DNA of 32,000 nucleotides, taken from NCBI RefSeq assembly GCF_016592615.1, contig NZ_AP013043.1, positions 1,110,001 to 1,142,000 of the forward strand. The letters are read 5' to 3'. The translations under genes were made by a program, and so were the position numbers. The DNA is from Isorropodon fossajaponicum endosymbiont JTNG4. Its GTDB lineage: Bacteria > Pseudomonadota > Gammaproteobacteria > PS1 > Pseudothioglobaceae. The notes under the pieces are model-generated. The model ran no database searches. It had not been told where the DNA came from and saw only the letters and a program-made list of their open reading frames with translations. This document shows, in pieces, positions 28,810-32,000 of the stretch (the first letter of the stretch is position 1; every line of letters starts with the position of its first letter).

Positions 28810-29435
28810 GCATTGCAAAAGAGTCTAAGTTTAAAATGATTGGCTTTTTTGGTGGCTCGTTTGATCCCGTTCATTATGGGCATTTAAAAAATGCTGCTCA
28901 ACTTAAAACCGAGCTTGGATTATCAAAATTATTTTTAATGCCTTGTGCTGAACCTGTACATAAAGAACAACTTGATTTTAGTGTCAATCAACGTATGGAT
29001 ATGTTGCGCTTGGCTGTTAAAGAATTTAACATGCTCTCAATAGACACTAGAGAAGTTGAGCACAATAGAGACTCCTACACCATTGACTCACTCAAGTACA
29101 TTCAATCAGACTATCAAAATGACTCTATTTGTTTAATTATGGGGATGGATAGTTTTAACACGCTGAACAGTTGGAAGGCATATCAAACTTTTTACCAATA
29201 TTGCCACTTAGTAGTCATTGCTAGACCTGGCGCTTTAACACATCAAGAAAAGTATGGTTTTAAATTAACCAGTGCAGTTAGTGATTTAGCAAAACAAAAG
29301 ACTGGGTTTGTCTTTTTTGTAAATAATCAAATGCTTGATATTTCTTCAAGCACTATTCACGGTAAAATATGCAACCATAAAAACTTATCTGGACTATTGC
29401 CAGAATCTCTTATTGATTATATTAATGCCTTATGA
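28806..29435 (+). CDS. nadD: Nicotinate-nucleotide adenylyltransferase
   Basis: GFFGGSFDPVHYGHL (the (H/T)xGH nucleotidyltransferase motif) and an ISSSTIH motif. An ATGA overlap joins it to the upstream gene. Confidence 0.94.
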   Translation: MSIAKESKFKMIGFFGGSFDPVHYGHLKNAAQLKTELGLSKLFLMPCAEPVHKEQLDFSVNQRMDMLRLAVKEFNMLSIDTREVEHNRDSYTIDSLKYIQSDYQNDSICLIMGMDSFNTLNSWKAYQTFYQYCHLVVIARPGALTHQEKYGFKLTSAVSDLAKQKTGFVFFVNNQMLDISSSTIHGKICNHKNLSGLLPESLIDYINAL

Positions 29436-29764
29436 ATTTAGAACAACAATTAAAGACCGTTACTGACACCATTGAAGAATTAAAAGGTGAAGACATCGTC
29501 ACCTTAAAAATTTTAGAACAAAGTGCTGATATTGAAGCCATTGTTATTGCCACAGGTCGATCCGTTCAACATGTGCGTGGCATCGCCAATAATCTTAAAA
29601 TTGAGGCTAAGCGGCTTAACATGAAAATGCTGGGCATTGAAGGCACTGGAACTGGGCATTGGGTATTGATAGACTTAGCAGAAGTTGTGGTTCATGTGAT
29701 GACAGAAAAAACCAGAGAATTTTACAAATTAGAAAAACTTTGGTCAGGATTAGAAAATACCTAA
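29432..29764 (+). CDS. rsfS: Ribosomal silencing factor RsfS (iojap family)
   Basis: 110 aa. It has KGEDIVTLKI, the ADIEAIVIATGRSVQHVRGIAN core and W.L.D...VVVHVM, in the conserved nadD-rsfS-rlmH context. Confidence 0.92.
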   Translation: MNLEQQLKTVTDTIEELKGEDIVTLKILEQSADIEAIVIATGRSVQHVRGIANNLKIEAKRLNMKMLGIEGTGTGHWVLIDLAEVVVHVMTEKTREFYKLEKLWSGLENT

Positions 29765-29765
29765 T

Positions 29766-30238
29766 ATGAAAATAAACCTGATTGTCATTGGTAAAAAAAT
29801 GCCAGACTGGATACAAACAGGCGTTCATCATTATCAAAAGCAATTACCAGCCTCACTTAACTTTAACTTGATTACTCTTGAGGCGCAAAAACGTAAAGGA
29901 AAAAATAGTGAGCACATTAAAGAATTAGAAGGCGAGTTGCTTATTAAAGCTACAAAAGGTTCTAATTTAATCATCGTATTTGATGAATGTGGCAAGCAAC
30001 ACAGCACTAAATCTATGACTCATTTTTTATCAAATTGGCAAAAAAAATGGCGACCATGTTGCTTTGCTAATTAGTGGTGCTGATGGGTTAAGTGAGTCAG
30101 TCAAAAAATATTGCCCATCAATTATAGGGGTTGTCAAATTTAACATTGCCACACGCATTTGCAAGGCTGCTACTAGCGGTAGAACAAATTTATCGCGCCC
30201 ATTCATTACTTACTAATCGCCCTTATCACAGAAAATAA
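29766..30238 (+). pseudogene. rlmH: rlmH (23S rRNA m3-pseudouridine1915 methyltransferase) disrupted by two +1 frameshifts and one nonsense codon
   Basis: RlmH-like translation runs in frame 0 to the A8 run at 30040-30047. It continues in the +1 frame to the A6 run at 30103-30108, then shifts +1 again. TAG at 30125-30127 replaces a conserved Trp. The conserved C-terminus LTLPH...NRPYHRK ends at the stop at 30236-30238. Confidence 0.85.
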
Positions 30239-30260
30239 TACAACAATCAATCGAGGAATT

Positions 30261-30920
30261 ATGAAACTAGAACTGATCAGCTTTAAACTTTGTCCATTTG
30301 CACAACGCGCTATTATTTCACTTAATACGCAAAATCTTGATTTTAAGATGACTTATATTAATCCAATGAACCTGCCTGATTGGTTTAAACAAATTTCACC
30401 AACCGGGCAAGTGCCTTTGTTAAAAGTAGATGATAAAGTGGTGTTTGAATCTTTGGTAATAACCGAATTTATTAATGAAATAAGTAGCCATAGTTTTCAT
30501 CCTAGTGACCTCATTCAAAGGGCTAATAATCGCTCTTGGATTGTATTTTCATCAGGTATTCTTGGTGACTTATTTGGCATTATCACAGCTGATGAGGAAA
30601 AATTTAACCACTCAAAATCAGCATTATTTACCAAATTAGCAAAAATTGAGGCAGTTAAAAACAAAGCTAAATTTTTCAATGGCAATGATTTCAACATGAT
30701 TGATGCCGCTTTTGCACCAATATTTATGCGCCTAAACTGGATTAATGAATTTACCAATAACACTTTATCACTTGATGAGTTTAAACATCTAAGCGCGTGG
30801 AGTAAAGAGCTGTTACAAGTAGATGTGGTTAGAGGTTCAGTGGTTGAGGGGCTGGATGATGCTTATTATTCCAATATTGAAGCGCGTAAAGGTCATCTAT
30901 CAACCCTGCTTATTGACTAA
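30261..30920 (+). CDS. Glutathione S-transferase family protein (Cys-type, CPF active-site motif)
   Basis: Thioredoxin-like N-domain (ISFKLCPFAQRA, GQVPLL, ESLVITEFI), a helical C-domain and a GAGGA Shine-Dalgarno upstream. Confidence 0.87.
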   Translation: MKLELISFKLCPFAQRAIISLNTQNLDFKMTYINPMNLPDWFKQISPTGQVPLLKVDDKVVFESLVITEFINEISSHSFHPSDLIQRANNRSWIVFSSGILGDLFGIITADEEKFNHSKSALFTKLAKIEAVKNKAKFFNGNDFNMIDAAFAPIFMRLNWINEFTNNTLSLDEFKHLSAWSKELLQVDVVRGSVVEGLDDAYYSNIEARKGHLSTLLID

Positions 30921-30946
30921 AGCCTTCCAAATGAGCAAGGCTCTCT

Positions 30947-31294
30947 TTAAAGAATAGACAAAATATTTTCAGGTGGACGACCGATAACAACGCCTTTGCT
31001 TGTTCTTACAATGGGTCGTTCAATTAGTTTTGGAGTTTTGACCATGGCATTAACCAGTTGATTTTCAGTTAAAGCCTTATCATCTAAACCCTGCTCTTTG
31101 TACTCAGGCTCGCCTTTACGCATGAGCGATCTGGCTTCAAGGTTTAAATCGGTTAATAATTGCTTGAGTTCGCTACTGCTGGGTGGATTTTCTAAATATT
31201 TAATTATCTCAAAATCAACATTTTTTTGTTCTAAAATGGCTAACGTTGTTCTTGATTTAGAACATTTTGGATTGTGATAAATGATTGTACTCAT
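30947..31294 (-). CDS. arsC: Arsenate reductase, glutaredoxin-coupled ArsC family
   Basis: MSTIIYHNPKCSKSRTTL, YLENPPSSSELKQLL and LIERPIV parallel R773/E. coli ArsC (MSNITIYHNPACGTSRNTL...YLENPPSRDEL...LINRPIV). The start is set at ATG 31294. The 18-codon upstream extension in the track has no homology support. Confidence 0.9.
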   Translation of the reverse strand: MSTIIYHNPKCSKSRTTLAILEQKNVDFEIIKYLENPPSSSELKQLLTDLNLEARSLMRKGEPEYKEQGLDDKALTENQLVNAMVKTPKLIERPIVRTSKGVVIGRPPENILSIL

Positions 31295-31306
31295 GACTAA
31301 ATAAAT

Positions 31307-31882
31307 ATGACAAAAAATCCCATTATACCTACAAAGCACGTATTTCAATTAGGCAATAAAATTGCCAAATTTGGTTTTATATGTTCGCTATTTTTAGCTT
31401 TGAATATTGCTCAGGCAATCAGCATTGATGACATTGTCAAGTCTGCTAATAACCTATGGCAAGAAGAGAGGAAAATCAAAATGCCTGATTTTTCTCTAAC
31501 CGACCTTAACGGCAATGTGCATACCAATAAATCCACTCAAGGTAAATACTTAGTGGTTAATTTTTGGGCAACTTGGTGTCCGCCTTGTTTAAAAGAAATT
31601 CCAGCTTTTGTTGAGTTTTATGAAAAAAATAAGGACAAAGTTCTTATTCTAGGGCTTGACTATGAACAAGCTGACAAAGCGGCTATTATTGAGTTTACTG
31701 ATACATTTATGGTGAATTATCCTATCATCCTTTTTGATGATAAAAACGGCGCTCAATTCACAAAATTTGGCGAAGTGCTTGGCATGCCAACGACTTATAT
31801 CTATGGACCAAATGGCAACTTGGTTGATTATCAGATGGGCGAAATGGACATGATGGCTTTAGAAAAAACCATTTCAAAGTAA
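31307..31882 (+). CDS. TlpA/ResA-like periplasmic thiol:disulfide oxidoreductase
   Basis: Signal or anchor segment (FGFICSLFLALNIAQA) and the thioredoxin motif FWATWCPPCLKEIP. Length 191 aa. Confidence 0.88.
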   Translation: MTKNPIIPTKHVFQLGNKIAKFGFICSLFLALNIAQAISIDDIVKSANNLWQEERKIKMPDFSLTDLNGNVHTNKSTQGKYLVVNFWATWCPPCLKEIPAFVEFYEKNKDKVLILGLDYEQADKAAIIEFTDTFMVNYPIILFDDKNGAQFTKFGEVLGMPTTYIYGPNGNLVDYQMGEMDMMALEKTISK

Positions 31883-32000
31883 CCAATCTTTAGAATGGTT
31901 ACCATTATCACGCACCAACTTAGGTACTAAATACCCACTTAAGTTATTTTTTAATTGTTGATGTAGTTGAATGGCATAATCATCTTTGACTAAAAAATCT
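31874..32000 (-). CDS. Possible 3' end of an unidentified CDS that begins beyond the window
   Basis: One minus-strand frame is open from the window edge to a stop at 31874-31876 (...DFLVKDDYAIQLHQQLKNNLSGYLVPKLVRDNGNHSKDWLL*). I recognise no family and only 41 codons are visible. Confidence 0.3.
   Translation of the reverse strand, partial: DFLVKDDYAIQLHQQLKNNLSGYLVPKLVRDNGNHSKDWLL

Noticed and set aside
30040-30047. The A8 run in rlmH considered as a programmed frameshift site.
   Set aside because: A second frameshift at an A6 run and an in-frame TAG at a conserved Trp follow within 90 nt. Three lesions fit decay, possibly with some sequencing error, rather than recoding.
30921-30942. A short hairpin, agcctt-N10-aaggct, between the convergent GST and arsC stops, considered as a bidirectional terminator.
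   Set aside because: The stem is only 6 bp with a 10-nt loop and no flanking U-tract on either strand. That is too weak to call.
31295-31348. An upstream extension of arsC (MKYVLCRYNGIFCHIYLV). A similar 7-codon TTG extension precedes the HemJ/PuuD-N-like gene at 24474-24494.
   Set aside because: Homology to ArsC begins exactly at MSTIIYHNPKC. The extension would overlap the tlpA start. For the other gene, the ATG at 24473 has the Shine-Dalgarno.

Overview
The window is a visibly AT-rich, very tightly packed stretch of bacterial chromosome made almost entirely of core housekeeping genes. I could not run any search, so product calls rest on recognising conserved motifs in the translations.

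Gene order:
- Plus strand: dnaK (5' truncated by the window edge), dnaJ, eno, corB/yfjD.
- Minus strand: psd, proS.
- Plus strand: an M50 site-2 protease family gene.
- Minus strand: a gap-free roughly 9 kb array, ileS, aroB, an unknown Met-rich membrane protein, gatC, gatA, gatB, selO.
- Minus strand: a second packed array, ygfZ, nhaD, coaX, trpS, rluB.
- Minus strand: a porin with a near-consensus promoter, a 69-aa tail-anchored protein and a HemJ/CopD/PuuD-N-like membrane protein.
- Plus strand: mutM, a catalytically degenerate UmuD/LexA-like S24 domain protein and a DUF2798-like membrane protein.
- Minus strand: pgeF, rluD and a tRNA cluster of Ala(GGC), Glu(UUC), Glu(UUC).
- Plus strand: an MBL-fold hydrolase, nadD, rsfS, a decayed rlmH and a GST.
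- Minus strand arsC, head-to-head with a plus-strand TlpA-like thioredoxin.

The gene content (GatCAB, type III CoaX, NhaD, SelO), the E. coli-like protein sequences, the minimal spacers, the overlapping gene ends and a decaying rRNA methyltransferase suggest a reduced-genome gammaproteobacterium, for example a SUP05 or clam-symbiont-like sulfur oxidiser. That assignment is inference only.

I saw no CRISPR array, transposase, integrase, phage module or recognisable defence system.

The least explained elements are:
- the S24-like pseudo-peptidase plus small membrane protein translationally coupled to mutM;
- the Met-rich single-pass protein embedded between aroB and gatC;
- the three-lesion rlmH pseudogene;
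- two divergent tRNA-Glu(UUC) genes separated by a terminator-like hairpin;
- a Cys-cluster (candidate Fe-S) TrpRS.
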